Program-made: the position numbers and the translations under genes
NCBI GenBank assembly: GCA_963665775.2
Contig: CAXXTF010000001.1
Coordinates: 416,001-480,000 of the forward strand
Length of the DNA: 64,000 nucleotides
DNA from: Dehalococcoidia bacterium
GTDB lineage: Bacteria > Chloroflexota > Dehalococcoidia > SM23-28-2 > RBG-16-64-32
Reading direction: 5' to 3'
Shown here: one piece after another, positions 33,060-43,196 of the stretch
How the letters are laid out: each line of letters begins with the position of its first letter
Numbering within the stretch: position 1 is the stretch's first letter
The notes under the pieces: generated by a model
The model's input: only the letters and a program-made list of their open reading frames with translations
The model's database searches: none
Told to the model about the DNA's origin: nothing

Positions 33060-34133
33060 TTATGCTTCGCTCTCTGCTAGTTGTTCGGTACCGGTATGAG
33101 GTTCCGTATCGTTCTCTTCGTGTCCTTCGTGGGAGGTGACCGCCATGACCCCGAAGACGAGGGTGAGCATGGCGAAGATGAACGCCTGCACCACGCCTAC
33201 AAACAGCTCCAGGCCGTAGAAGATGATGGTCACGATGATCGGGGTGAGGAAGGTGAACATCAGGATCACCACCTCGCCGGCGAACATGTTTCCGAACAGA
33301 CGGAAGGTGAAGCTGAGCAGCCGCACCAGCTCCGAGATCAGTTCCAGGATCCCCACGAAGGCGTCTATAACCCCGTTGAACACCATCCCCACGTTCAGCC
33401 TGGTCAGCCCCTTGAAGATCCCGCCGAAGTTGAAGAACTTGCGTCCGTAACCGAGTAGACCCAGCGAGCTGATGCCCCAGGTCTCCACGGCGATAGCCGA
33501 GACGATGGCCAGGGCCAGGGGCGTGTTCAGGTCCGTGTTGGGTCCGCGGAACAACGGCTTGAGCTCCCCAACCACTTTGCCCGCTCCCTTCGCATCCTCG
33601 AACGCCGCGTGCGCATCAGGATCGTCCTCGTCTATGCTGTCGCCGCTGAGGCCGCCTGGGCCGGACAAAGGCACCCAGTTCACGTCGAAGGGCCCTATAT
33701 CCGTCTGCTCCATGACGAACCCGTGCTCCTCTTCCTCAGTGAAGCCGATAACGTTGAATATGGGCAACAGGGAGAACCAGTTGGAGACCAGCACGAAGAA
33801 GAAGATCGTAGCGACCACGGGGAAGAAGCGGCGCCCGAGCTTCTCTCCGGCCACGTTCACCACTAGGTTGTAGAACGCCTCCAGCACCGCTTCCAGCACG
33901 TTCTGGGCGCCGCGGGGCACCAGCTCCCAGCGTCGGGAGGCCAGGAACACCGCGATGATCATGAAGGCCACGACGAACCAGGAGGTGATCATCGTGTTGG
34001 TGAGGTCTATGCCGCCGGCGGTGGTGATCGTCTCCGGCTTTATCGTGATGTGAGGCGTAGGACCCCGGAGGAAGACGAAGCCCAGGAGGGTAAATACTAC
34101 CAGCGCTATAACGATTAGGCGCCCTCGGCTCAT
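33060..34133 (-). CDS. atpB: ATP synthase Fo a subunit
   Basis: PRGAQN, PNTDLN, SFTFRLFGNMFAGE, QAFIF. ATG 34133 chosen as start. Confidence 0.95.
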   Translation of the reverse strand: MSRGRLIVIALVVFTLLGFVFLRGPTPHITIKPETITTAGGIDLTNTMITSWFVVAFMIIAVFLASRRWELVPRGAQNVLEAVLEAFYNLVVNVAGEKLGRRFFPVVATIFFFVLVSNWFSLLPIFNVIGFTEEEEHGFVMEQTDIGPFDVNWVPLSGPGGLSGDSIDEDDPDAHAAFEDAKGAGKVVGELKPLFRGPNTDLNTPLALAIVSAIAVETWGISSLGLLGYGRKFFNFGGIFKGLTRLNVGMVFNGVIDAFVGILELISELVRLLSFTFRLFGNMFAGEVVILMFTFLTPIIVTIIFYGLELFVGVVQAFIFAMLTLVFGVMAVTSHEGHEENDTEPHTGTEQLAESEA

Positions 34134-34146
34134 CGTCGTCCCGTTC

Positions 34147-34404
34147 TCACTTTCGTTGTCCCAGCACTTCCTTGAGTAAGAGGTATCCACCCCAGAACGC
34201 CGCCACCATCCCCGCCAGCAGCCCCAGAAGGATGAACAGCGGCCTGGTTCCCAGCCACGCATCTATGGCCACGCCCGCGGCAATCCCCCCCACTATACAC
34301 AGCGCAAAGTAGAAGCCAATCCCGGAGAGCCTCATCGTCGGAGGCAGCTTGGTTAGCACAGTCAATGTCCTGACGGTCTTCGCGCGGCCCGTCCTGCTTG
34401 CCAA
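34147..34404 (-). CDS. AtpZ/AtpI family protein (start may be GTG 34359)
   Basis: GVAIDAWLGTRPLFILLGLLAG; first gene of the atp operon. Confidence 0.85.
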   Translation of the reverse strand: MASRTGRAKTVRTLTVLTKLPPTMRLSGIGFYFALCIVGGIAAGVAIDAWLGTRPLFILLGLLAGMVAAFWGGYLLLKEVLGQRK

Positions 34405-34422
34405 TTGGGAAGATTATCACAA
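34405..34422. promoter_or_regulatory. Putative Rex operator over the -10 of the atp promoter
   Basis: TTGTGATAATCTTCCCAA on the minus strand, 2 mismatches to TTGTGAA-N4-TTCACAA. TTGAAC lies 16 nt upstream of GATAAT. Confidence 0.62.
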
Positions 34423-34509
34423 CCGGACGGCAGCGTTCAACCCACAATTCATAACAAAAGCCCCAGACCGTCCAGCCCAGGGCCTCTACCCACCACGGCT
34501 CCCGCCGGA

Positions 34510-35049
34510 CTACTTCTTTTCGAAGTCCTCCAAGTCCAGCCCCTCGATCACGTCCCGAAACGGGCTTAGCTTTTCCAGCTCCTCAGGGGAAACTTCCTTG
34601 GGCGGCTCCTGGCCGGCGCCCGTGATCGATTCCAGAGGCTGACCCTCCTGGTCCAGCTTCACACCCGCCTTATCCAGCACCGCCTCATCGGCGAAAATCG
34701 GCACCTGGGAGCGGACCGCCAGGGCGATGGCGTCGCTGGGCCGCGAATCGATCTCGAAATTCTTGCCGTTCACCTGCAGCATGATCCGGGCGAAGAACGT
34801 GTCGTTGGACAGGTCGTTCACTATGACGTACTCAACCGAAGCCCCAAGAGCGTCGATAACGGACCGCATCAGGTCGTGCGTCAGGGGCCGGGCTACCGCA
34901 ACCTCTTGCAGTCGCACGGCGATCGCGTCAGCCTCCGCCGGCCCTATCCAGATGGGCAGAAAGCGGTCGGCGTCCTTCTCTTTCAAGATGACCACCCGCT
35001 GGTAGTTCATGAGGCTCACGCGGATACTTTCGATGGTCAACTCAACCAC
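34510..35049 (-). CDS. Bifunctional nuclease family protein (DUF151)
   Basis: LPIWIGPAEADAI, RPLTHDL, IDSRPSDAIALA. Confidence 0.93.
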   Translation of the reverse strand: MVELTIESIRVSLMNYQRVVILKEKDADRFLPIWIGPAEADAIAVRLQEVAVARPLTHDLMRSVIDALGASVEYVIVNDLSNDTFFARIMLQVNGKNFEIDSRPSDAIALAVRSQVPIFADEAVLDKAGVKLDQEGQPLESITGAGQEPPKEVSPEELEKLSPFRDVIEGLDLEDFEKK

Positions 35050-35083
35050 ACTGCCACCTCCCTACGGCGGATACAACCGAATT

Positions 35084-36433
35084 CTAGCCCAGCCTCCCAG
35101 TGGTGTCAACAGAACTCGGAGGCTCTTCCTGGGCTGTCGAGATAGGCGTCGACGGTTGGCCCTGACTCACCAGATGGCTGGCCCAAGCCAGCCCCAACAC
35201 CAGCGTGGCGATCAGCAGCAGCACTACCGTGATGCTTGTCCAGTCCGTAATGGCGCCGATGATGAGGAGCGGCAGGAGGGAGATGAAGTTGGCCGAGACC
35301 ACCTGGGTGGCGAAGATGCGGCCTCGCATCTCCGCCGGCGCCCGCTCGTGCAGGACGGTCTGGGCCGGCGCGTTGAGCAGGGCGTAGGCGAAACCCAAAG
35401 GGCCGGCGATGGCCATGGTAAGCGCCTGCAACAGGGAGATGCGCAGGAAGCGAGTGGGGTCCAACGGCCCCGGCGCCTGCTCTGTGAACTCAGCCAGCGG
35501 CTCCACCAGCGCCAGTAACACCAGGCAGGTCGCTATCCCGACGAGGCCGATGATCACTACGCGGTTCTTCCCCTTGCGGGCGAAATAGGGCAGAAAGCGC
35601 AGACCGAGCAGCGCCCCGACCCCAGTGGGAGCGAATACAAAGGCAGCGTTATCCGGCGAGATTTCCAGGGTGTCCGTCATGTACCGTGGGATAAGCATGG
35701 CGAACAGCAGAACCAGGGTGCTGCTCATGATCAGCTGGCCTAGAGCCAGCAGTGAGACCCGGTCGGAAACCAGGGTCCGCCAGCTCTCGCGGAACTCATC
35801 TGGGATGCCGCTGAACATGAGCGCCCGCTGCGGCTTCGGCTGGGGCTCCTCCCTCATCTTGCTCAGCCCCGCAGTTAGCGCCGCCGCTATCACGAACAGC
35901 GCCGCCCCGGTCAGGAACATCGCCTCCGGTCCGCCGCTCTTCAGCAGCACCGGCGCCAGGAACACTATCCCTACCAGCTGCGACCCGGTCAGTGTGAAGT
36001 TGTAGAGACTGTTCGCCTGCACCAGCCGGTTTCGGGGCACCAGCGTCGGGATCAGCGATACCATGGCCGGGTTGAAGAACAGCCCGCTGGTGGCGAAGCC
36101 CGCGCTGATGGCGTAGATGACCCACTCGTTGCCGTGGAAGAAGAAGAAGAGGAGGCAGGCACCGGCCCGCAGAAGGCTGCTCGCGATAAGCACCGGGCCC
36201 TTGCGGAGCCGGTCCAGCATCACCCCCACCACCATGCCCAGCGGTATGGATGGGAGGATGAAGGAGAACACCAGAAGACTGGTATGGACGCTGGATCCGG
36301 TGATGTCTAGGATGATGATCAGCAGACTGAACAGGAGGGCGTTATGGGCCGTCTGGGCCAGCCCCTGGCTCAGCCACAGGCTGCCGAACCGCCGGTCCGA
36401 CAGCAGAGCCCGCGACTCCGCCACTTCTGGCAT
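35084..36433 (-). CDS. MFS transporter
   Basis: About 12 TM helices, GVMLDRLRK motif A, MRGRIFA. Start could be 36433 or 36451. Confidence 0.88.
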   Translation of the reverse strand: MPEVAESRALLSDRRFGSLWLSQGLAQTAHNALLFSLLIIILDITGSSVHTSLLVFSFILPSIPLGMVVGVMLDRLRKGPVLIASSLLRAGACLLFFFFHGNEWVIYAISAGFATSGLFFNPAMVSLIPTLVPRNRLVQANSLYNFTLTGSQLVGIVFLAPVLLKSGGPEAMFLTGAALFVIAAALTAGLSKMREEPQPKPQRALMFSGIPDEFRESWRTLVSDRVSLLALGQLIMSSTLVLLFAMLIPRYMTDTLEISPDNAAFVFAPTGVGALLGLRFLPYFARKGKNRVVIIGLVGIATCLVLLALVEPLAEFTEQAPGPLDPTRFLRISLLQALTMAIAGPLGFAYALLNAPAQTVLHERAPAEMRGRIFATQVVSANFISLLPLLIIGAITDWTSITVVLLLIATLVLGLAWASHLVSQGQPSTPISTAQEEPPSSVDTTGRLG

Positions 36434-36453
36434 CGAGCGGTCGTAGCGCAACC

Positions 36454-36666
36454 CTACCCCTCCGCAGCCGTCTCCGCCACCTGTGGGCCCTGTCGCAGGA
36501 TCTCCTTCACCCGCTTATCGTACGTCCGTCGCGCCAGCAGCACGCGCCGCCCGCAGGTACTACAGCGAATGCCGATGTCGGCGCCCAGGCGAACCACTAC
36601 CCACTCGTAGCCGCCGCAGGGGTGCACCTTACGCAGGCGCACCACGTCACCCAGGCGCACCTCCAT
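36454..36666 (-). CDS. DUF951 family protein
   Basis: [34 protein letters not shown]. Confidence 0.9.
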   Translation of the reverse strand: MEVRLGDVVRLRKVHPCGGYEWVVVRLGADIGIRCSTCGRRVLLARRTYDKRVKEILRQGPQVAETAAEG

Positions 36667-36676
36667 CAGCACGGTG

Positions 36677-37486
36677 CTACCGCCGGGCCAGCACGGTCTC
36701 CCGCTCGCGGTTGATCTGGTCTCGCAGCTCCTGGGCCGCCCTTCTGGCAGCCTTGGCGTAATCCCTGCCCTTGGCGGCGTACAGCACCTGTCGGGAGGCG
36801 CTCACAATGAGCCCTCCGCCACGAGAATCGAGCGCCGCCCGCACGCTGGAACCGAGGTCGCCGCCCTGGGCGCCTATGCCCGGCATGAGAAATGTCATAT
36901 CGGGGCAAAGGCTACGCACCCGTTCCAGTTCCTGCGGCCAGGTAGTGCCCATCACCAGGCCGACGTTCCCGTGTTCGTTCCACTCCCTCGCCTTCTCCGC
37001 CACCGCCTCGTACAGGGGCCGGCCGTCGCTCAGGGTCAGGTCCTGCAGATCGGCGGCGCCCGGGTTAGAGCTCCGGCACCAGATGAAGACGCCTCTGTCC
37101 GTGTACTCCAGGAACGGCTCCACGGCGTCCCGCCCACCGTAGGGGTTCACCGTGGTAGCATCGAACCCGTATTCCTCGAATAAGGCCTTGGCGTAGAAAC
37201 GCGCCGAATTGCCGATGTCGCCCCGCTTAGCGTCGGCAATTATAGGTGTATGCTCCGGAACGGAGCGCAGCCCTTCCAGCAGCGTCTGCATCCCCCCTGT
37301 TCCCAGCGCCTCGAAGAAGGCCAGGTTGGGCTTATAGGCGCAGACCAAGTCGGCTGTCGCTTCGACGATCTCGTTCAGGAACGTCGCAACGTGCGGCTGG
37401 GGCATCAGTTCCGGATCGGGGTCCAGACCGACGCAGAGGAAGCTGCCGTTTCGCGCGCTGGCTGCCCTCAGCTTCTCAAGGAACAT
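36677..37486 (-). CDS. pyrF: Orotidine-5'-phosphate decarboxylase
   Basis: [32 protein letters not shown]. Start could be 37486 or 37555. Confidence 0.95.
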   Translation of the reverse strand: MFLEKLRAASARNGSFLCVGLDPDPELMPQPHVATFLNEIVEATADLVCAYKPNLAFFEALGTGGMQTLLEGLRSVPEHTPIIADAKRGDIGNSARFYAKALFEEYGFDATTVNPYGGRDAVEPFLEYTDRGVFIWCRSSNPGAADLQDLTLSDGRPLYEAVAEKAREWNEHGNVGLVMGTTWPQELERVRSLCPDMTFLMPGIGAQGGDLGSSVRAALDSRGGGLIVSASRQVLYAAKGRDYAKAARRAAQELRDQINRERETVLARR

Positions 37487-37654
37487 CGGCTCTCTCACTT
37501 GCCTGGCCTCGCTCTCCGGGAGCACCGAAGGCGTCAGGGTTGCCGTCCTCCTCATTCTAACCGCTTCTTGTCCGGCATAATATAGAGCGGCTTCCCCTGG
37601 GTCAAGGAGAAACGGTTGGCGGTCAGGTCGTGCCCCGGCTACCTGTTAGGCGGG

Positions 37655-39064
37655 CTATTTGCCGGCCTCGTCCCACTCATTTAGCAGGCGACGAAGCTCG
37701 TCCAGCGGGGGCGGCTTCAGGCCGTAGCGGGCACGAGCGAAGGCGACACTCACCTCGCTCGGTATCTGGGAGCCGAAGTGCTCCGCCAACGGCGACGCGA
37801 ACTCCAGCGGCGTCCTGGCCGGCGGCCGCCCCAGACCCCGGTCCGCGGCTCGGCTCAGGATGCTCAGATATAGACGACGCACCGCCAAGACATCGGGCGG
37901 CAGGTCTGGGGCCGGCGGCGAGCGCTGCCTGCGGGACGAAAACAGCCGGCCCAGCAGGCCCCTGAGGTCGTCTTTGAGGCTTCCCTCGTGCCACACTGAC
38001 TCTCGCCATTCGCTGCGCTCATCGCGCCGGCGCCGCGATCGAGCGAAGATGACCAGGGCCAACGCTCCCACCACCACCGTCAGGAGGGTTCCGGCCACGA
38101 CCCATCCCACAACCCTCAACCACCCGGGCACATTCCCTCTCTCGCCCTGCTCCTCACCAAACCCTCCCGGCGGCTGAACGGGCTCTGGTGGCTCCTGTTC
38201 AGGGTCGTTGACGCCCACGAGATCCCGCAGCCCCCGTATCAGCCATTCGATGGCGATGGCGATGGGCGTCAGCACTAGTATCAGCAGGTCGATGACGCCC
38301 CTCCATAGCCAGGCCAGCCCGTGGCCGACGGAGGCCAGGGTTGGCCCCGGGTTCAAGCCCTCAACCAGCCAGTCCAGCGCCAGGAGGCCGCCCAGGACTA
38401 CGAGTGTGGCCAGCAAGGCCAGGGCCATCAGCAGACCGACGGTGGTCAGCAGGGTTAGGGCCCAGGGCCGGCTTATCGGGGCGGACGCTTCCGGGGCCGT
38501 GCGATCCAGGTGGAAGGCCGCTATGGCTATCAGCCCCAGGGCGAAAAAGGGCAGCGCCGCGGTGCCGACCGCACTGTCCAGGTCGGCTCCGATATCGATG
38601 ACCGCCGCTAGGACTATCGCCGCGAATCCGGCCGAGAAGGAGCGGACGACGCTGTCGAAGGTGATGGTGCTCTGGCCTAGCAGCGCCCATCTTAGGGCCA
38701 GCCCTACTGTCAGCAGGCTGCCCAGAACCAGCGGGCCCTGAGCGTCGCCGGGGTGGGACGCGAATTTCCCCAGCCACGATAGCTCCCACAGGCGCAGGTC
38801 GCCCAGATACTCCAGCCGCAGAAGGGCGTATAGTCCTACTATCGAGGCGGCAGCCCCCGTTGCGCTCATCGACGGTTGCGACAGCTCGAGGAGCCCCAGC
38901 AGGCGGGCCAGATAGAAGCCGCCGCCAGCCGCCGCTATCAGCACCCAGAGGGAGGGCCCGGGGCCTTCCCCTATCCAGGCCACCAACACTGAGGCGACGG
39001 CGAAGTACCATACGGCCTCCGTCGCTAGCGCCAGCGGCTCCAGCAGCTGTCCCCGCGCCGTCAC
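37655..39064 (-). CDS. Multi-pass membrane protein with C-terminal DUF4129-like domain
   Basis: Many TM helices and VRRLY...RTPLEF...FARARYG. Its GTG overlaps the DUF58 stop. Confidence 0.78.
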   Translation of the reverse strand: MTARGQLLEPLALATEAVWYFAVASVLVAWIGEGPGPSLWVLIAAAGGGFYLARLLGLLELSQPSMSATGAAASIVGLYALLRLEYLGDLRLWELSWLGKFASHPGDAQGPLVLGSLLTVGLALRWALLGQSTITFDSVVRSFSAGFAAIVLAAVIDIGADLDSAVGTAALPFFALGLIAIAAFHLDRTAPEASAPISRPWALTLLTTVGLLMALALLATLVVLGGLLALDWLVEGLNPGPTLASVGHGLAWLWRGVIDLLILVLTPIAIAIEWLIRGLRDLVGVNDPEQEPPEPVQPPGGFGEEQGERGNVPGWLRVVGWVVAGTLLTVVVGALALVIFARSRRRRDERSEWRESVWHEGSLKDDLRGLLGRLFSSRRQRSPPAPDLPPDVLAVRRLYLSILSRAADRGLGRPPARTPLEFASPLAEHFGSQIPSEVSVAFARARYGLKPPPLDELRRLLNEWDEAGK

Positions 39065-40275
39065 GGTTGGCTCTCCTCCCACTGGCGCAGGTAGCCACCT
39101 ATGTTGCGCACGGCGATCCCGCTCACCGTGCCCTCGGCTCCTTCCTCCGTCACCGATAGCACCATCACCTGGTGGCCCGCCGCCTTGATCCGGCCCAGCG
39201 TGGCCAGGAGGCTATCGGGCAGCAGGGCCGTCACGACCGTCAGGGTCGTACCTAAGGGCAAGGCGTGAGACTCAGCCTCCAGTAGCTTCTCCAGCGGCGA
39301 GATGAAGAAGGGCCCGACCCCGGCCAACGCCTCCAGAATACGCGGCAGATGATTCGGGTGGCGTCCGGGCATGATCCTGATGGGGCGATCGGACTCGGGG
39401 AAGCTGCCGTTAGCCAGGATGCCGACGGCATAGCCCTGCTGGTGGCCCTGTGTGGCTAGAGATGCCGCCACCGTCACGACCCGCTCCAGCAACACCGGGT
39501 CGAAGCCGGTCCACGTCTGCTCCAGGGTGATGAGGTTGAGGGCCACTAGCAGGTGGAGGGTCGCCGAGGGCTCGTAGAGGCGGGACTGAAGCCGGCCGCG
39601 ACGGGCAGTGGCCTTCCAGTCGATGCGACGCAGGGAGTCGCCGGGCTGATAATCGCGCAACCCGGCGATGCGGAGGGGGTCTTCGTAGATGCGGGCGCCT
39701 CCCCGCCGTTCGCCGGGAGGACGCTGACTGGGCAGGCCTAGCTCCAGCAGAGGGAGAACCCTGGGAAAGACCACCACCCGCTGGCTTTCCTCGTCATGGC
39801 GCTCTACCGGGAACAGGCCGAAGAGGTCGCTGGACCGGAGTTGAACCGGTCCCACTCGATAGATGCCTCGACTCCGGCATTCCAACTCGTAGCGCCAGTT
39901 CACCCGCTCGTACCAGGCCAGGGTCACGGACCGAAGCAGGCAGCCTGTGCGGGCCAGGTGCGAGGGGGCGAGACGCACGCCGTCCGGCGGCAGCTCCTCC
40001 GGGAAATGCTCTCTCACCTCCACTGAGGGAACGGGCAAGAGCTTGCGGTTGGTGAGGCGGGCGGTAAATGAGAGCTTGTCACCAACGAAGGCCCGAGTCT
40101 CCGGGAAGAGGCGCTGGTAGGAGAGCTGAGTCAGGACCAGGCGGCTCCACAGCCGGGCCGCGCCTCCGGTCAGGAGCAGCAGCAGACCCAGCACCACGAT
40201 GGTCTCCCGGCCGCCCAATACGCCGACGGTGACGAGCAGCAGGGAGGCGACCAACCACAAGCCGCGTAGCGGCAT
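39061..40275 (-). CDS. DUF58 domain protein
   Basis: GLRDYQPGDSLRRIDWKATAR. Confidence 0.9.
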   Translation of the reverse strand: MPLRGLWLVASLLLVTVGVLGGRETIVVLGLLLLLTGGAARLWSRLVLTQLSYQRLFPETRAFVGDKLSFTARLTNRKLLPVPSVEVREHFPEELPPDGVRLAPSHLARTGCLLRSVTLAWYERVNWRYELECRSRGIYRVGPVQLRSSDLFGLFPVERHDEESQRVVVFPRVLPLLELGLPSQRPPGERRGGARIYEDPLRIAGLRDYQPGDSLRRIDWKATARRGRLQSRLYEPSATLHLLVALNLITLEQTWTGFDPVLLERVVTVAASLATQGHQQGYAVGILANGSFPESDRPIRIMPGRHPNHLPRILEALAGVGPFFISPLEKLLEAESHALPLGTTLTVVTALLPDSLLATLGRIKAAGHQVMVLSVTEEGAEGTVSGIAVRNIGGYLRQWEESQP

Positions 40276-40279
40276 CGGG

Positions 40280-41248
40280 CTACTCCTCTACCGGTACCGG
40301 CAGCGTCTCCAGGATCTCGCGCACTACACCCTCGGCGTCCCTGCCTCGCAGGTGAGCCTGGGTGCCGAGGATCAGGCGATGGGGGATGACATGGGGGGCC
40401 AGATACTTGATATCGTCGGGGAGGATGTAGTCGCGGCCGCGGATGGCGGCCAGGGCCCGGGCGGTGCGGAAGAGGGCCAGGGAAGCCCTGGGGCTGGCCC
40501 CCAGATCGAGGACGTCCGACTCCCTGGTTGCCCGTACCACCTGCACCAGGTAACGGCGCACAACCGGCTCGCAGGTCACCGCCGTCAGCGCTTCGCCCAG
40601 GCGAACGACATCGGCAGCCTCCAGCACCGGCTCCGTGGCCGCCAGGGGATCGGAGCTCTCGAACCGCTCTATAATCTCCTCTTCCTCTCCCTCGCTGGGG
40701 TAGCCCAGGCGGAGGCGGAGCAGGAAGCGGTCCAGCTGGGCCTCCGGCAGGGGGAACGTCCCTTCCAGCTCGATGGGGTTCTGCGTGGCCAGCACCAGGA
40801 ACGGCCGCGGCAGGGGCACGGTGACCCCGTCGATGGTCACCTGGCGCTCCTCCATCGCCTCCAGGAGGGCCGCCTGGGTCCGTGGTGTGGCCCGGTTGAT
40901 CTCGTCGGCCAGAACCACCTGGGCGATGATGGGCCCGGGGTGGAACTCGAACTCGCCCGTCTTCTGGTTGTAGTAGTTGAGGCCGGTGATGTCCGCCGGC
41001 ATAAGGTCCGGGGTGAACTGGATGCGCTTAAAGCTGCAGCCCAGAGAGCGGGCGATGGTCTTGGCCAGCATCGTCTTGCCTATGCCCGGGACATCCTCGA
41101 TGAGGAGATGACCCTGGCATAGCACCGCCACCAGCGCCAGCTCCATGACCTCGCGCTTGCCGACGATGACCCGTCCGATGTTGGCTACGACGCGGTCCGC
41201 CATCTCCTTGACCGAGGCCAGCGCCGTTTCCGCCGTGTCCGCTGCCAA
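40280..41248 (-). CDS. MoxR family AAA+ ATPase
   Basis: EDVPGIGKT, RIQFTPDLMPAD, DEINRATPRTQAALLEAM, FPLPEAQLDRF. Confidence 0.95.
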   Translation of the reverse strand: MAADTAETALASVKEMADRVVANIGRVIVGKREVMELALVAVLCQGHLLIEDVPGIGKTMLAKTIARSLGCSFKRIQFTPDLMPADITGLNYYNQKTGEFEFHPGPIIAQVVLADEINRATPRTQAALLEAMEERQVTIDGVTVPLPRPFLVLATQNPIELEGTFPLPEAQLDRFLLRLRLGYPSEGEEEEIIERFESSDPLAATEPVLEAADVVRLGEALTAVTCEPVVRRYLVQVVRATRESDVLDLGASPRASLALFRTARALAAIRGRDYILPDDIKYLAPHVIPHRLILGTQAHLRGRDAEGVVREILETLPVPVEE

Positions 41249-41339
41249 ATTCTACCCCCCACGTGAGATTGTACAGGGAGTCTAGCCGTTCTGCGGCCAG
41301 GGTGCAATAGAAGGCCGCCATCAGTCGTGGGGGCCTTCC

Positions 41340-41368
41340 TTGACCTCTTATGACTCCACGTCTATTCT
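41340..41368 (+). promoter_or_regulatory. Sigma70 promoter implying a leaderless cinA mRNA
   Basis: TTGACC-N17-TATTCT-N6-ATG with no SD. Confidence 0.65.
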
Positions 41369-41374
41369 CAACCC

Positions 41375-42607
41375 ATGAGAGCGGAGATCATCTCCATAGG
41401 CACGGAGATACTTCTAGGCGAGCTGCTGGACACCAACTCGAACTATCTTGCCCGCCGTTTGCCTGCCCTGGGCCTCGATCTCTACTTCATCAGCCAGGCC
41501 GGCGATAACCTCCAGCGTCTCAGCGACACGATCCGCCGCGCCCTCGATCGCTCGGACATCGTCCTCCTCAGCGGCGGCCTGGGCCCCACCGAGGACGATG
41601 GCACCCGTGAGGCGATCGCCGCCGCCCTGGGCGAGGAGATGTACGTGGACCCGGAGGCGGAACAGCGATTGCGCGCCTTCTCCGAGGCTCGCGGCGCGCC
41701 CTTCCCCGAGCGCGGCGTCAAACAGGCGAAGCTCATCGCCTCCGCGCGCGCCATCCCAAACCCCCGTGGCACGGCCCCCGGCTGGTGGGTGGAGAGGGAC
41801 AGGCACATCATCGTCGCCATGCCCGGTCCGCCCGCCGAGATGGAGAGCATGTGGGAGGAGGAGGTGGCGCCGGAGCTGGCCCGGCTGGCCCCGGCGGGCA
41901 TCATATTCTCCCGCACTCTCAAGACTATCGGCATCGGCGAGAGCCGGGTTGATGAGATGGTCAGCCCTCTTCTTAGCTCCGTCAACCCTACGGTCGGCGT
42001 CTACGCTAAGGTCGACGGCGTCCATCTGCGCCTGACGGCGAAGGCCGGGACAATGGAGACCGCCCGCGCCCTCATCGAACCGCTGGAGGCGGAAGCCCGC
42101 CGCATCCTGGGCGACGCCGTCTGGGGCGCCGACGACGATACGTTGGCGGGCGCCGTGGGCCGGATGCTGAAGGAGGGCGGCCTTACCCTGTCCACGCTGG
42201 AGTCCTGCACGGGGGGGCTCCTCGCCTCTACCGTGACCGATGTCGCCGGCAGCTCCGACTACTTCAGGGGCGGCTACGTGGCCTATACCGCCCGAATGAA
42301 GATTGGCCTCGGTCTCAGCGCTGAGTTGATCGAGCGCTACGGTGTGGTGAGCCCGGAAGTGGCCGCCGACATGGCCCGCGCCGCCCGCCAGAACGCGGCC
42401 GCCGACTACGGGATCGGCGTCACCGGTGTGGCCGGCCCCGATGAGCTGGAGGGGAAAGCCCCCGGCACCGTGCACGTCGCCGTCCACGACGGCCGCTCGC
42501 CACAGACGATGAGTTTCAGGCTGTACGTGGGCCGGCTGGCCACCAAACGCCGCGCCGTGACGACGGCGCTGCTCTTGCTGCGGCGGGTGTTGCTGGCACG
42601 GGGGTAG
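41375..42607 (+). CDS. cinA: CinA (MocF plus PncC NMN deamidase)
   Basis: IGTEILLG, GGLGPTEDD, GTAPG, ESCTGG, TGVAGP. Confidence 0.93.
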   Translation: MRAEIISIGTEILLGELLDTNSNYLARRLPALGLDLYFISQAGDNLQRLSDTIRRALDRSDIVLLSGGLGPTEDDGTREAIAAALGEEMYVDPEAEQRLRAFSEARGAPFPERGVKQAKLIASARAIPNPRGTAPGWWVERDRHIIVAMPGPPAEMESMWEEEVAPELARLAPAGIIFSRTLKTIGIGESRVDEMVSPLLSSVNPTVGVYAKVDGVHLRLTAKAGTMETARALIEPLEAEARRILGDAVWGADDDTLAGAVGRMLKEGGLTLSTLESCTGGLLASTVTDVAGSSDYFRGGYVAYTARMKIGLGLSAELIERYGVVSPEVAADMARAARQNAAADYGIGVTGVAGPDELEGKAPGTVHVAVHDGRSPQTMSFRLYVGRLATKRRAVTTALLLLRRVLLARG

Positions 42608-42627
42608 GCCGTACCGGCTCCATGGCT

Positions 42628-43113
42628 TTAGGCTTCAGCCCTCAGTTGCTCTCGCACCGCCCGCACCTGCTCCAGCTGTAACCGGGCGCTCTCGGCCATC
42701 AGCTCGGCGCGGCTGTGGACGGTGACCGGGCCGCTCTCCGGCCCGCTCTCCGGGTGGAGGCCGCCCCTCTGCCACTCCTCCTCGGACAGGCCCTCAAGCT
42801 GGTAGGCGAGGCCGCCCCAGAAGGCGCGGACGGCGGTTCGCACGCGCCCAGGATCATCGTCCTGGTAGTTGCGCTCCCGGGCCAGCGCCTCCGGGTCGTA
42901 GGGGTCCAGAGTGGGGTTCTCCTCTTCCAGCAGCCGCCGGATGCGCATCCCCTCGATCTGAGCCGCGTCCCGCAGGTGGCAGCAGACCGCCAGGATCGAC
43001 CACTCCTCCGGTGCGGGCCGCCGTCGCAGCTCATCGTCGCTGAGCCCCTCGCACAGGGCGTCCAGCCGGTCGGGCAGGGAGCGAATGGCGGCGATGACTT
43101 CCTTGCGGTCCAC
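42628..43113 (-). CDS. DinB family protein (degenerate metal site)
   Basis: RPAPEEWSILAVCCHLRD...EEEWQRGGLHPE. GTG 43113 lies 6 nt after TATAAT. Confidence 0.8.
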   Translation of the reverse strand: MDRKEVIAAIRSLPDRLDALCEGLSDDELRRRPAPEEWSILAVCCHLRDAAQIEGMRIRRLLEEENPTLDPYDPEALARERNYQDDDPGRVRTAVRAFWGGLAYQLEGLSEEEWQRGGLHPESGPESGPVTVHSRAELMAESARLQLEQVRAVREQLRAEA

Positions 43114-43196
43114 GGGGAGATTATACAGCCCCAAGTGAACGTGGATAGACAGAGAAGATTGAAACCGGTGATCATCCGTGTCGATCTGTGGCCGAA

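Noticed and set aside
37487-37580. PyrR-binding attenuator before pyrF
   Set aside because: GCTCCCGGAGAGC only loosely resembles ARUCCNGNGAGGYU, and no terminator follows.
37655-41248. MoxR-DUF58-DUF4129 trio as a novel system
   Set aside because: It is a widespread, known gene arrangement with nothing unusual visible here.
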